DNA of 64,000 nucleotides from Macrostomum lignano. Lineage: Eukaryota. Under the pieces are notes generated by a model. It searched no databases. It saw only the letters and a list, made by a program, of their open reading frames with translations, and had not been told where the DNA came from. The position numbers were made by a program, and so were the translations under genes. The stretch spans positions 186,001 through 250,000 of the forward strand of contig NIVC01000797.1 of NCBI GenBank assembly GCA_002269645.1, in the 5' to 3' direction. Below, in pieces: positions 35,446-47,499 of the stretch (position 1 is its first letter; each line of letters opens with the position of its first letter).

Positions 35446-38400
35446 TGTCTGTCTGTCTGTTTGTCTGTGTATCTGTGTGTCTGTCTCCATATCTACCTGT
35501 CTCCATATCTACCTGTCTCCATATCTACCTGTCTCCATATCTACCTGTCTCCATATCTACCTGTCTCCATATCTACCTGTCTCCATATCTACCTGTCTCC
35601 ATATCTACCTGTCTCCATATCTACCTGTCTCCATATCTACCTGTCTCCATATCTACCTGTCTCCATATCTACCTGTCTCCATATCCACCCCCAGGTTCCG
35701 GAGAACTTTGCCGACCGGGCCAGACTGCTTGCTGAAGCTGAATACTTCGGCCTGCGCCATTTGCAGGTGAGATTTCAGCGGATATTGTGAAACGATAAAT
35801 TGTCTAATATGCGAGAGGTTTCATAGCATGGACTGTCAATCAAAACCTGAGTGGTACTCTACTCTCCCGGCATGTGTACATGCACAGACAGACCCCAGAC
35901 CGTTTGGGGCGGACTGGGGCGGTAAGTTGCGGTCAAACGAAGACCACCCAGAGCTGGGGGGGGGGTCGAGAAGGGATAGAGAAGTGAGGATCGGGGAGAG
36001 TTTTGGACTTTGGGGGAAAATGGGAAGAATTATTTTCAAGCTTCGCCTCCCTTCCCCGATCCCGCTAGCCAACCAACCCGGGCTGAATTTCCCGCCCCCT
36101 TCTCCCCTCTCACCGCCTCCTTTGCCTTCCCAGCCCCTCCTCAGCCCTAAGTCCATCCCACCCTGCCAAGACTCGGCTTCAGCGCTGCAAGCCCTCCCCC
36201 TGTTTCTGGCAAGTTGCCAAGCTGTTTAAAAAGCAGTTAACCCGCACTTTTCTACCAAATCTGGATACGATCTGAGATTGACAAAGGGGAGAGGGGCCGC
36301 TTGGCAACTCGCTCTGCACTCCATCTGAGTAGATGGGTCGGTGAGCGACTCGAACAGAACTCAAGGAGATAGCCGGTCAACTAGAAAACATTTATTGTTC
36401 CTATTGATTATATTTTTGCTATACTAGTAGTTTAAATTTGTTTATTATTAAACCAAAAAAGCATTTTGCGACAAGGTGAGAAGAGGTCATGCAGTTTGAT
36501 GAAAACATGTTTTTAACTGCTCATTCATGACTGAAATTAATCATTGTATATGAGCTTCATCTGATGCTGTTTATGAGCTTCATCTGATGCTGTTTATGAG
36601 CTTCATCTGATGCTGTTTATGAGCTTCATCTGATGCTGTTTATGAGTTTCATCTGATGCTGTTTATGAGCTTCATCTGGTGCTGTTTATGAGCTTCATCT
36701 GATGCTGTTTATGAGCTTCATCTGATGCTGTTTATGAGCTTCATCTGATGCTGTTTATGAGCTTCATCTGATGCTGTTTATAAGCTTGATCTGATGATGT
36801 TTATGAGCTTGATCTGATGCTGTTTATGAGTTTCATCTGATGCTGTTTATGAGCTTGATCTGATGCTGTTTATGAGCTTGATCTGATGCTATATATGAGC
36901 TTCATCTGATGCTGTTTATGAGCTTGATCTGATGCTGTTTATGAGCTTCATCTGATGCTGTTTATGAGCTTGATCTGATGCTGTTTATGAGCTTCATCTG
37001 ATGCTGTTTATGAGCTTCATCTGATGCTGTTTATGAGCTTGATCTGATGCTGTTTATGAGCTTGATCTGATGCTATATATGAGCTTGATCTGATGCTGTT
37101 TATGAGTTTCATCTGATGCTATTTATGAGTTTAATCTGATGCTATTTATGAGCTTCATCTGATGCTGTTTGTGAGCTTCATCTGATGATGTTTATGAGCT
37201 TGATCTGATGCTGTTTATGAGCTTGATCTGATGCTGTTTATGAGCTTGATCTGATGCTGTTTATGAGCTTCATCTGATGCTGTTTATGAGCTTGATCTGA
37301 TGCTGTTTATGAGCTTGATCTGATGCTGTTTATGAGTTTCATCTGATGCTATTTATGAGCTTCATCTGATGCTGTTTGTGAGCTTCATCTGATGATGTTT
37401 ATGAGCTTGATCTGATGCTGTTTATGAGCTTGATCTGATGCTTTTTATGAGCTTCATCTGATGCTGTTTATGAGCTTGATCTGATGCTGTTTATGAGCTT
37501 GATCTGATGCTGTTTATGAGTTTCATCTGATGCTATTTATGAGTTTAATCTGATGCTATTTATGAGCTTCATCTGATGCTGTTTGTGAGCTTCATCTGAT
37601 GATGTTTATGAGCTTGATCTGATGCTGTTTATGAGCTTGATCTGATGCTGTTTATGAGCTTCATCTGATGCTTTTTATGAGCTTCATCTGATGCTGTTTA
37701 TAAGCTTGATCTGATGATGTTTATGAGCTTGATCTGATGCTGTTTATGAGTTTCATCTGATGCTGTTTATGAGTTTCATCTGATGCTGTTTATGAGCTTT
37801 ATCTGATGCTGTTTATGAGCTTGATCTGATGCTATATATGAGCTTCATCTGATGCTGTTTATGAGCTTGATCTGATGCTGTTTATGAGCTTGATCTGATG
37901 CTGTTTATGAGCTTCATCTGATGCTGTTTATGAGCTTCATCTGATGCTGTTTATGAGCTTGATCTGATGCTGTTTATGAGCTTGATCTGATGCTGTTTAT
38001 GAGCTTGATCTGATGCTATATATGAGCTTCATCTGATGCTGTTTTTGAGCTTGATCTGATGCTGTTTATGAGCTTGATCTGATGCTATATATGAGCTTCA
38101 TCTGATGCTGTTTATGAGCTTGATCTGATGCTGTTTGTGAGCTTCATCTGATGATGTTTATGAGCTTGATCTGATGCTGTTTATGAGCTTCATCTGATGC
38201 TGTTTATGAGCTTCATCTGATGCTTTTTATGAGCTTCATCTGATGCTGTTTATGAGCTTGATCTGATGCTGTTTATGAGTTTCATCTGATGCTATTTATG
38301 AGCTTCATCTGATGCTGTTTGTGAGCTTCATCTGACCCCGTCATTCGTATTAGTTTTTATTAGAATCTCAAAATTACCTGACACCAACTGTGACCTGGCC

Positions 38401-38965
38401 AATTCCTCAGGAGCTGCTCACCAGCCACCGCTCCGTCGAGCAGCACTCGACAGCAAAGCGATTCGTGGAGCTCTGGCTGATGGAGTCGGCGCCCAGCTGC
38501 CTGGAGCAGTTCTACCATCCGCACTACGCCAAGACAAAAACTGTGGCCAGAATCAGCGGCCCCGAAGCCGTCATCCGCCGTCTGGAACTCGACTGCACCT
38601 GCCAGAGAGAGGACTCAAAGTTGGCGAGTACGCCAACCGAGCGCTCCCAGATGGACAGGTGTCGAACGATGCGTCTGGAGCTGCAGGACAATCAGGACAA
38701 GTTGAACTACCTCGCCGAGCTGTGCAGAATTGGCGGCAGAATTGTCAGCCACAGCAGCAGCATGACGATTGACAGCCAGCCAAGTCCACCCTGCCATCGC
38801 AGCTTCGAACGCTACCTGCTCGAGTTCAGCTTTGTTGATCCCTCCGCTGAGCAGAAGGAGAATGACGGCGCTGGCGCTACTCAGGTCTGCGGCGACTGCG
38901 TGGGAGCCCGGCTGCCCTTGGGGTCACTTATGGTTGACAAGGCGGTGCCCATTGTGATTGATTGA
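32557..38965 (+). CDS. KCTD-family BTB/POZ (T1-type) protein; join(32557..32571,34903..35148,35695..35766,38411..38965), 295 aa; an alternative 3' end is possible
   Basis: [33 protein letters not shown]...[21 protein letters not shown]|VPENF...[10 protein letters not shown] is a complete KCTD BTB domain once the repeat intron is removed. Exon 1 (ATG TCG GCA TTA ACA|GTAAGT) is inferred from phase compatibility with CCCTAAG|34903 and is less certain. Confidence 0.85.
32620..33562. repeat. 23-nt minisatellite (CCACTAAACCCGCCCCTGATACT), ~40 copies, KCTD intron 1
   Basis: Direct tandem periodicity. Confidence 0.95.
34160..34800. repeat. 15-nt pyrimidine-rich repeat (CTCATCTCTCCCTCC) with a 180-nt higher-order duplication
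   Basis: Tandem periodicity; the 60-codon duplication is visible in the - strand pseudo-ORF. Confidence 0.92.
35149..35690. repeat. (GTCT/GT)n microsatellite followed by a 16-nt repeat (CCATATCTACCTGTCT), making up KCTD intron 2
   Basis: Repeats run from the GT donor to within ~10 nt of the AG. Confidence 0.95.
36548..38335. repeat. 23-nt minisatellite (ATGAGCTTCATCTGATGCTGTTT), ~77 copies, KCTD intron 3
   Basis: Direct tandem periodicity. Confidence 0.97.
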
Positions 38966-38996
38966 TTGCTGTCAGTGCTGCGACAAGAGATGACCG

Positions 38997-39517
38997 GCTC
39001 CATTCTTCCCCTTCTACCGCCTCCATTCTTCCCCTTCTACCGCCTCCATTCTTCCCTTCTACCACCTCCATTCTTCCCCTTCTACCCCCTCCATTCTTCC
39101 CCTTCTACCGCCTCCATTCTTCCCCTTCTACCGCCTCCATTCTTCCCTTCTACCGCCTCCATTCTTCCCCTTCTACCGCCTCCATTCTTCCCTTCTACCG
39201 CCTCCATTCTTCCCCTTCTACCACCTCCATTCTTCCCTCAACCACCTTCATTATTCCCCTTCTACCACCTTCATTCTTCCCCTTCTACCGCCTCCATTCT
39301 TCCCTTCTACCGCCTCCATTCTTCCCTCAACCACCTTCATTCTTCCCCTTCAACCGCCTCCATTCTTCCCCTTCTACCGCCTCCATTCTTCCCCTTCTAC
39401 CGCCTCCATTCTTCCCCTTTTACCACCTCCATTCTTCCCCTTCTACCGCCTCCATTCTTCCCCTTCTACCGCCTCCATTCTTCCCCTTCTACCGCCTCCA
39501 TTCTTCCCTCAACCACC
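38997..39517. repeat. ~23-nt pyrimidine-rich minisatellite (CTCCATTCTTCCCCTTCTACCGC)
   Basis: Direct tandem periodicity. Confidence 0.95.
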
Positions 39518-41411
39518 TCCGCGGTAGGAAGCCAGTTTTGCAGCCATAAAGTCAGTCAACTCAGGTAAGCTTCAAAGTCAATCTACCAATTAAAATTAGT
39601 GGAATTCAAATTACAGAACTTTAGCAACTTTGGATAGTCAAGGTTTTCAATAAAATAAAAAATTCAACAAACTTTATTTCGTTTTGTCATTATCGAATTT
39701 GTTATAATTAGCAGAAATTTTCATTACAACCACTTCTCATCGTGCGTTTTCAAGTTCACGAACTTCAGTCTCAGTGGTGCAGCCTGGCACCCAGTAGTTA
39801 AATGTTTTATTTGGTTAGTATTTGCTTTAACTTTATCACTCGGTTTTAGTTAGTTTTCTTTAATAAGTAAAAAATTACTAAGAAGCAACAGCAAGTTGAC
39901 AACAGAATGCTACCTCACAGCCTTGGGCGCAGTTCTCTAATCCCTCTGATTGAGGTAAAACTGTACCCACAGGTGTAATAAATTTTACCTCGTGTCACGT
40001 AAAATATCGCAACAAGTTTTGTTATAATCGTATTCTTAATTCCATAATTTACCTAGGAATCCACAATGTCATTGTTAATATTCATATTGCTAAAATTTTT
40101 GTTTGATTTAACTACAAAACATTTTGTTTTGTGGAACTAAAATTTCATGGCTGAAATTAAAAAAACAATTCTAGATTAAGTTCAAACTTTAATTTAAATG
40201 TATTTATTCACACAACTTATTAAAACTTTAACTTTTAGTTCATTTCGAAAAGGAAATCATACCAGGATTAATAAAAGCTACGAGTAATTAATTGAACTAA
40301 TTAAAAGTTTAATCTCAATTGTGCTCTCATTTATCTGCTTCAATATTAAAACTATACAATTAAAACAAATATCATTTGTTAATTAACTAGTTAACTAAAG
40401 TGCCACGAAATTTATGAAAAACAATGCTATCGAAAAAGAGAAGAATTCGTTAATTTTGCTTTCTTTTCCTTTAATTTATTATAACAAATCAAATGTGCTC
40501 TCAACCGTGGACGAGATGGCGCCCGAAAGTTTGTAAATAGAATTTAGTTTTTACCGTTCCTTAATCGCTAGGCTTAGGTCGTTCCCATACAAATTTGTGC
40601 ATCATTCACGCCATCACGTCGAACAGAATTGAAAATAAACGCAGCGTTTTGAAAGATCCCGAGAATGTCTCTACAAGATTCAATATGGCTATTGCATGGT
40701 TTGGTATGGTGGGATAGAGAACCTGCTCTCACTTATTTTCTCATTAAAAATTCACGCCAATTGTAATAAAATCTATTCGCTTCAATCATTTCTGTCGCTT
40801 TTGCTTTTTTGCTTATCTGATCCGAATCCAAAAATAATAAAAATATTAAACCAAAAATCTTTTATTCTAGTGGTTTCTGCACTACTCTACTTAGATCACG
40901 ATGTGTTAGAAGTGTGTGACGCGTTGTTTTACTTTTCAGTCTGATTCACTTGAAACTGTCTGATACTTTTCTGTGTTGTATTTTTTGTTAAAATTCAACA
41001 GCCAGTTATACTTGGCCGAGTTGCGGACGCGCTTCAATGGTACACACTTCTGTATAGATTTGCCTGATCGATCTATTACGTACTTAAACTATTGAAATTG
41101 ATCAATACATACGATTTGCACCCTTATTTTCTTAGCCGTTATCAAAACTATCCAACCTATTCAATTTGTTTAAATGCATGTCTACAAGTAGAATTACGAG
41201 GCTAAATATTTGTTGTTTTATTTTTTGGCGCTCTCCCATCTAAACACCCAGCTCTATTGAATGATGCAAGTTTTCCTGAAAGGTACTTCGGCTAGAGGAA
41301 CAAATATATTTGCTGTCTAATGGGTCATCAACTCATAGCTTTTGTTTGAATTTTTTCGTAAATTTGCGTCGCAAAAGATCGTAATATTGACTGACTCCTG
41401 GCACTGACGTG

Positions 41412-43127
41412 CAGTTGACCTACGCAGGAGTTTTCATTTGGGGGGGCCGCAACCCTTGGGGCGCCAATATTCGGTATCTATATTGGCACCCCTGTCTCGG
41501 GTTGGCGCCCCTGTCTCTTCGTTGGCGCCCCTGTCTCTTCGTTGGCGCCCCTGTCTGTCTTGGGTTGGCGCCCCTGTCTCTTGGGTTGGCGCCCCTGTCT
41601 CTTGGTTGGCGCCCCTGTCTCTTGGGTTGGCGCCCCTGTCTCTTGGGTTGGCGCCCCTGTCTCTTGGTTGGCGCCCCTGTCTCTTGGGTTGGCGCCCCTG
41701 TCTCTTGGGTTGGCGCCCCTGTCTCTTGGTTGGCGCCCCTGTCTCTTGGGTTGGCGCCCCTGTCTCTTGGGTTGGCGCCCCTGTCTCTTGGTTGGCGCCC
41801 CTGTCTCTTGGGTTGGCGCCCCTGTCTCTTGGTTGGCGCCCCTGTCTCTTGGGTTGGCGCCCCTGTCTCTTGGGTTGGCGCCCCTGTCTCTTGGTTGGCG
41901 CCCCTGTCTCTTGGGTTGGCGCCCCTGTCTCTTGGGTTGGCGCCCCTGTCTCTTGGGTTGGCGCCCCTGTCTCTTGGGTTGGCGCCCCTGTCTCTTGGTT
42001 GGCGCCCCTGTCTCTTGGGTTGGCGCCCCTGTCTCTTGGTTGGCGCCCTGTCTCTTGGTTGGCGCCCCTGTCTCTTGGGTTGGCGCCCCTGTCTGTCTTG
42101 GGTTGGCGCCCCTGTCTCTTGGTTGGCGCCCCTGTCTCTTGGGTTGGCGCCCCTGTCTCTTGGTTGGCGCCCTGTCTCTTGGTTGGCGCCCCTGTCTCTT
42201 GGGTTGGCGCCCCTGTCTGTCTTGGGTTGGCGCCCTGTCTCTTGGTTGGCGCCCCTGTCTCTTGGGTTGGCGCCCCTGTCTCTTGGGTTGGCGCCCCTGT
42301 CTCTTGGGTTGGCGCCCCTGTCTCTTGGGTTGGCGCCCCTGTCTCTTGGTTGGCGCCCCTGTCTCTTGGGTTGGCGCCCCTGTCTCTTGGGTTGGCGCCC
42401 CTGTCTCTTGGGTTGGCGCCCCTGTCTCTTGGGTTGGCGCCCCTGTCTCTTGGTTGGCGCCCCTGTCTCTTGGTTGGCGCCCCTGTCTCTTGGGTTGGCG
42501 CCCCTGTCTCTTGGGTTGGCGCCCCTGTCTCTTGGGTTGGCGCCCCTGTCTCTTGGTTGGCGCCCCTGTCTCTTGGGTTGGCGCCCCTGTCTCTTGGGTT
42601 GGCGCCCCTGTCTCTTGGGTTGGCGCCCCTGTCTCTTGGGTTGGCGCCCCCTGTTTCTTGGGTTGGCGCCCCTGTCTCTTGGGTTGGCGCCCCTGTCTCT
42701 TGGGTTGGCGCCCCTGTCTCTTGGGTTGGCGCCCCTGTCTCTTGGGTTGGCGCCCCTGTCTCTTGGTTGGCGCCCCTGTCTCTCGGGTTGGCGCCCCTGT
42801 CTCTTGGGTTGGCGCCCCTGTCTCTTGGGTTGGCGCCCCTGTCTCTTGGGTTGGCACCCCTGTCTCGGGTTGGCGCCCCTGTCTGTCTTGGGTTGGCGCC
42901 CCTGTCTGTCTTGGGTTGGCGCCCCTGTCTGTCTTGGGTTGGCGCCCTGTCTCTTCGTTGGCGCGCCACTCCTGTCTCAGCTACATGTAGGCCTGTGGAT
43001 GCCAGGTCTAAGAGGTGATAAAAGTTGCGCTCCTGTCATTTTTGTCAGCTTGGTTGCAGCTCTTTCATCTTCAGTTTTTTGACGATCGTGGCCCCCTCCC
43101 CCTGCCCCAATCTGTGTAGGCCATTTG
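41412..43127. mobile_element. Putative MITE-like envelope around the GGCGCC array
   Basis: Imperfect inverted termini CAGTTGACCTACGCAG / CTGTGTAGGCCATTTG (12/16 match), with a G-run inside the left end, a C-run inside the right end, and TG on both flanks. Confidence 0.45.
41480..42960. repeat. 20-21-nt GC-rich minisatellite (GGGTTGGCGCCCCTGTCTCTT), ~70 copies
   Basis: Direct tandem periodicity; source of four 450-560 aa pseudo-ORFs. Confidence 0.97.
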
Positions 43128-43329
43128 TGTTGTAAAAAAGGCTTTATTCAAAATGCTTTTGCCATTTAGCATGCCGATACCATGAGCATGCAAGGGTTGC
43201 CACGCCCATTAATTACATGTAATAACTGGCAATTTTAATGTACAAAGGTAATTATAAATTGGTAAACAATATTAGATCTCAGTCTAAATTCCTGCCTTCT
43301 AAAATTTATGAGGTATATCATATTTTTAT

Positions 43330-43655
43330 CCCAAGATGGCGCTCCCAAGATGGCGCTCCCAAGATGGCGCTACCAAGATGGCGCTGCCAAGATGGCGCTC
43401 TCAAAATATGGCGCTCCCAAGATGGCGCTCCCAAAAGATGGCGCTCCCAAGATGGCGCTACCAAGATGGCGCTACCAAGATGGCGCTACCAAGATGGCGC
43501 TACCAAGATGGCGCTACCAAGATGGCGCTACCAAGATGACGCTCCCAAGATGACGCTCCCAAGATGGCGCTACCAAGATGGCGCTACCAAGATGGCGCTC
43601 CCAAGATGGCGCTCCCAAGATGGCGCTACCAAGATGGCGCTACCAAGATGGCGCC
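43330..43655. repeat. 13-nt minisatellite (CCAAGATGGCGCT), ~24 copies
   Basis: Direct tandem periodicity. Confidence 0.95.
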
Positions 43656-44389
43656 TCTATGGTGCGACCCCAAGGACAGAGCCCCAAAATGGCGCCCCAA
43701 GGCATCCCCACTTCATGCAGCTAATTAGCTGGCCATTGTAAGCCCTAGAATACCCTGGAGCGTGATTAAGGCTATTTAGCTAACAACGGGACCACAGGTA
43801 CCCGCGCAGCTCCTGCTTCAAACGGCCTTATGCAGGTAGCTAATGATGAAGCTCTATACAACCCGTCTATCTCACCTCATGCATCATGCTGTAAAACAAC
43901 CACCCCCTGCAGAGGTCAATGCAAATCAAAATAATAAAGCGATAAAATTATCCAGTAGGAATTTATGACTATCAATCTATTTATCAATTATACTAGTTTA
44001 AATATTTAATGACTTTATGAGGCTGACGCATAATGACTGTACAGCTGCGCTAACTGTCTTTGATGAATTTCAACGCATTTCATTGGTTGGAGTTTGAGCA
44101 ATCAGTTTGCCCAGAGCCCTGTCCCCATTCTCCCACCCCATTTGTGTTGATATTCTGTTGCAGCGGACTCACTTGAGACTGGAATCCCCGTAGCCCTCAG
44201 CTGCACTCCACTAGCTACATTATAGCATCTGACTGGTTTCCTACTGCTGATCAAATGCACCAGCAGATTGTTCAACAATTTAAATCTGCTTAGCTTTGCG
44301 AATCTATTCTACTCCATTTGGGGTAAGCTTGGCGTTGCTTCGGTGTGGTTACTGCTTGACGTGTGTTGCACTTTAGCGATTGTAGCTGT

Positions 44390-45225
44390 AGCTATCGAGT
44401 CATCTTGTCATCTAATCTAGGTGTCTCTTAGGTATCTAGTCATTTTGTCATCTAATCTAGGTGTCTCTTAGGTATCTAGTCATTTTGTCATCTAATCTAG
44501 GTGTCTCTTAGGTATCTAGTCATTTTTTCATCTAATCTAGGTGTCTCTTAGGTATCTAGTCATTTTGTCATCTAATCTAGGTGTCTCTTAGGTATCTAGT
44601 CATCTTGTCATCTAATCTAGGTGTCTCTTAGGTATCTAGTCATTTTGTCATCTAATCTAGGTGTCTCTTAGGTATCTAGTCATTTTGTTATCTAATCTAG
44701 GTGTCTCTTAGGTATCTAGTCATCTTGTCATCTAATCTAGGTGTCTCTTAGGTATCTAGTCATTTTGTCATCTAATCTAGGTGTCTCTTAGGTATCTAGT
44801 CATCTTGTCATCTAATCTAGCTGTCTCTCAGGTATCTAGTAATCTTGTCATCTAATCTAGCTGTCTCTTAGGTATCTAGTCATCTTGTCATCTAATCTAG
44901 GTGTCTCTCAGGTATCTAGTCATTTTGTCATCTAATCTAGGTGTCTCTTAGGTATCGAGTCATCTTGTCATCTAATCTAGGTGTCTCTCAGGTATCTAGT
45001 CATCTTGTCATCTAATCTAGGTGTCTCTCAGGTATCTAGTCATCTTGTCATCTAATCTAGGTGTCTCTCAGGTATCTAGTCATTTTGTCATCTAATCTAG
45101 CTGTCTCTTAGGTATCTAGTCATCTTGTCATCTAATCTAGGTGTCTCTCAGGTATCTAGTCATCTTGTCATCTAATCTAGCTGTCTCTTAGGTATCTAGT
45201 CATCTTGTCATCTAATCTAGCTAGG
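44390..45225. repeat. 40-nt minisatellite (GGTGTCTCTTAGGTATCTAGTCATTTTGTCATCTAATCTA), ~21 copies
   Basis: Near-perfect periodicity. Confidence 0.97.
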
Positions 45226-45659
45226 TAAGCATCTAGTCATCTAATTCAAAACTATCTAAAACTCACTCATCTGCAGTTCGTACTCAAAGTTTAACAAAGT
45301 CATCTAAAGGCAGAGGGACAAATCAAGTTTCAACTAAGCAGCATGCAGCCCCATCATCATTGAATGCCAGTCTCCGCTCAGGACTGTTGGATTGGGAGGG
45401 CGCATATTTTGATTAAATTAACTGGTTTTTTCACTTCATACGCGTCCGCTCCCATCTGTATGCAGCGCCTGCAGTATTTCTCGATTCTCTTCTCTTTTTG
45501 GCGTGTTCGATTTGCGGCAGAAAAAAGCTGGACTATGGGAACGCATTGTCTGTCAGTTCAGTCAGCTGGGCCTCCTGTCGTTTACTCTGCTGTGTATCCG
45601 GATTTTTTTATTGCATCCTCTGCTGCATCATCGTTTGACCGACACTGCTGCCTCATCTC

Positions 45660-46900
45660 CTAGTCTCTAGATTGTTGTCTCTAGTCTCTATATTAATGCT
45701 CTAGTCTCTAGATTGATGCCTCTAGTCTCTAGATTGATGCCTCTAGTCTCTAGATTGTTGTCTCTAGTCTCTAGATTGATGCCTCTAGTATCTAGATTGT
45801 TGTCTCTAGTCTCTATATTAATGCCTCTAGTCTCTAGATTGATGCCTCTATAGTCTCTAGATTGATGCCTCTAGTCTCTAGATTGTTGTCTCTAGTCTCT
45901 ATATTAATGCCTCTAGTCTCTAGATTGATGCCTCTATAGTCTCTAGATTGATGCCTCTAGTCTCTAGATTGTTGTCTCTAGTCTCTATATTAATGCCTCT
46001 AGTCTCTAGATTGATGCCTCTATAGTCTCTAGATTGATGCCTCTAGTCTCTAGATTGTTGTCTCTAGTCTCTAGATTGTTGTCTCTAGTCTCTATATTAA
46101 TGCCTCTAGTCTCTAGATTGATGCCTCTAGTCTCTAGATTGATGCCTCTATAGTCTCTAGATTGATGCCTCTAGTCTCTAGATTGTTGTCTCTAGTCTCT
46201 AGATTGTTGTCTCTAGTCTCTATATTAATGCCTCTAGTCTCTAGATTGATGCCTCTAGTCTCTAGATTGTTGTCTCTAGTCTCTAGATTGTTGTCTCTAG
46301 TCTCTAGATTGATGCCTCTATAGTCTCTAGATTGATGCCTCTAGTCTCTAGATTGTTGTCTCTAGTCTCTAGATTGTTGTCTCTAGTCTCCAGATTGTTG
46401 TCTCTAGTCTCTATATTAATGCCTCTAGTCTCTAGATTGATGCCTCTAGTCTCTAGATTGATGCCTCTATAGTCTCTAGATTGATGCCTCTAGTCTCTAG
46501 ATTGTTGTCTCTAGTCTCTAGATTGTTGTCTCTAGTCTCCAGATTTTTGTCTCTAGTCTCTATATTAATGCCTCTAGTCTCTAGATTGATGCCTCTAGTC
46601 TCTAGATTGATGCCTCTATAGTCTCTAGATTGATGCCTCTAGTCTCTAGATTGTTGTCTCTAGTCTCCAGATTGTTGGCTCTAGTCTCTAGATTGTGGTC
46701 TTTAGTCTCTAGATTGTTGTCTCTAGTCTCCAGATGGTTGGCTCTAGTCTCTAGATTGTGGTCTCTAGTCTCTAGATGGTTGGCGCTAGTCTCTAGATGG
46801 TTGTCTCTAGTCTCTAGATGGTTGGCTCTTGTCTTTTGATTGTTGCCTCTAGTCCCTAGATTATTGTCTCTAGTCTCTAGATCAGTGTCTCTAGATTATA
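45660..46900. repeat. 21-nt minisatellite (CTCTAGTCTCTAGATTGATGC and variants) with higher-order structure
   Basis: Tandem periodicity with recurring variant order. Confidence 0.95.
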
Positions 46901-47499
46901 TATATTTGTCTCTAAGTCTCTAGAATATTGTCTCAAGTTTCTAGATTACTCTCTAGACGCTAGATTATTGTTTAAATAGTCTAGTCTCGGTCTCTAGTAT
47001 CTAGGTATCTACACACTTCTCTGTCCTCCATTCCCTCCCTCTTCCCTCTGCACAGTTTATCTGGAAAGTCTAATGTAATAATGTTCTTAAACCGCCACAG
47101 AAACTAAGACTACACTATTTTATGCAGTTACATGCCACTAGCGCCTGCTCAACCGCAAGGCGGCCTGGACTGGTTCATCTGAATAATTGAGATTCTGAAA
47201 CTCTCCGGAGGGGGGGAAACTTCTCTAACAACACCTGCATCGTACGAGCGTATCTTTGGCGCTATCGTGAATCTAAAATTCCGCTATCTATCGATGCGTT
47301 GTTGGATGTCTGATATTGAGGTCAGCGGAATGTAGACACACAATCAACTGCCCGCCCGCTTCAAGCCCTAGCCCCCCCCCCCTGATACCTTTAGCTGAAG
47401 GATTTCTTTATTTATTTATGTATTCACACCGGGGCACCGTTGAGATTTGATCTCAAATTACTCAGAAATTGCGTTTGAATTAGACAGCTTCACCGCCGT

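Noticed and set aside
41409-43082. 450-560 aa ORFs on both strands
   Set aside because: Translations of the 20-21-nt minisatellite, open in several frames, with no domain content
9312-45225. CRISPR-like appearance of the 35-47-nt arrays
   Set aside because: Units are head to tail with no unique spacers, there are no cas genes, and the context is eukaryotic introns
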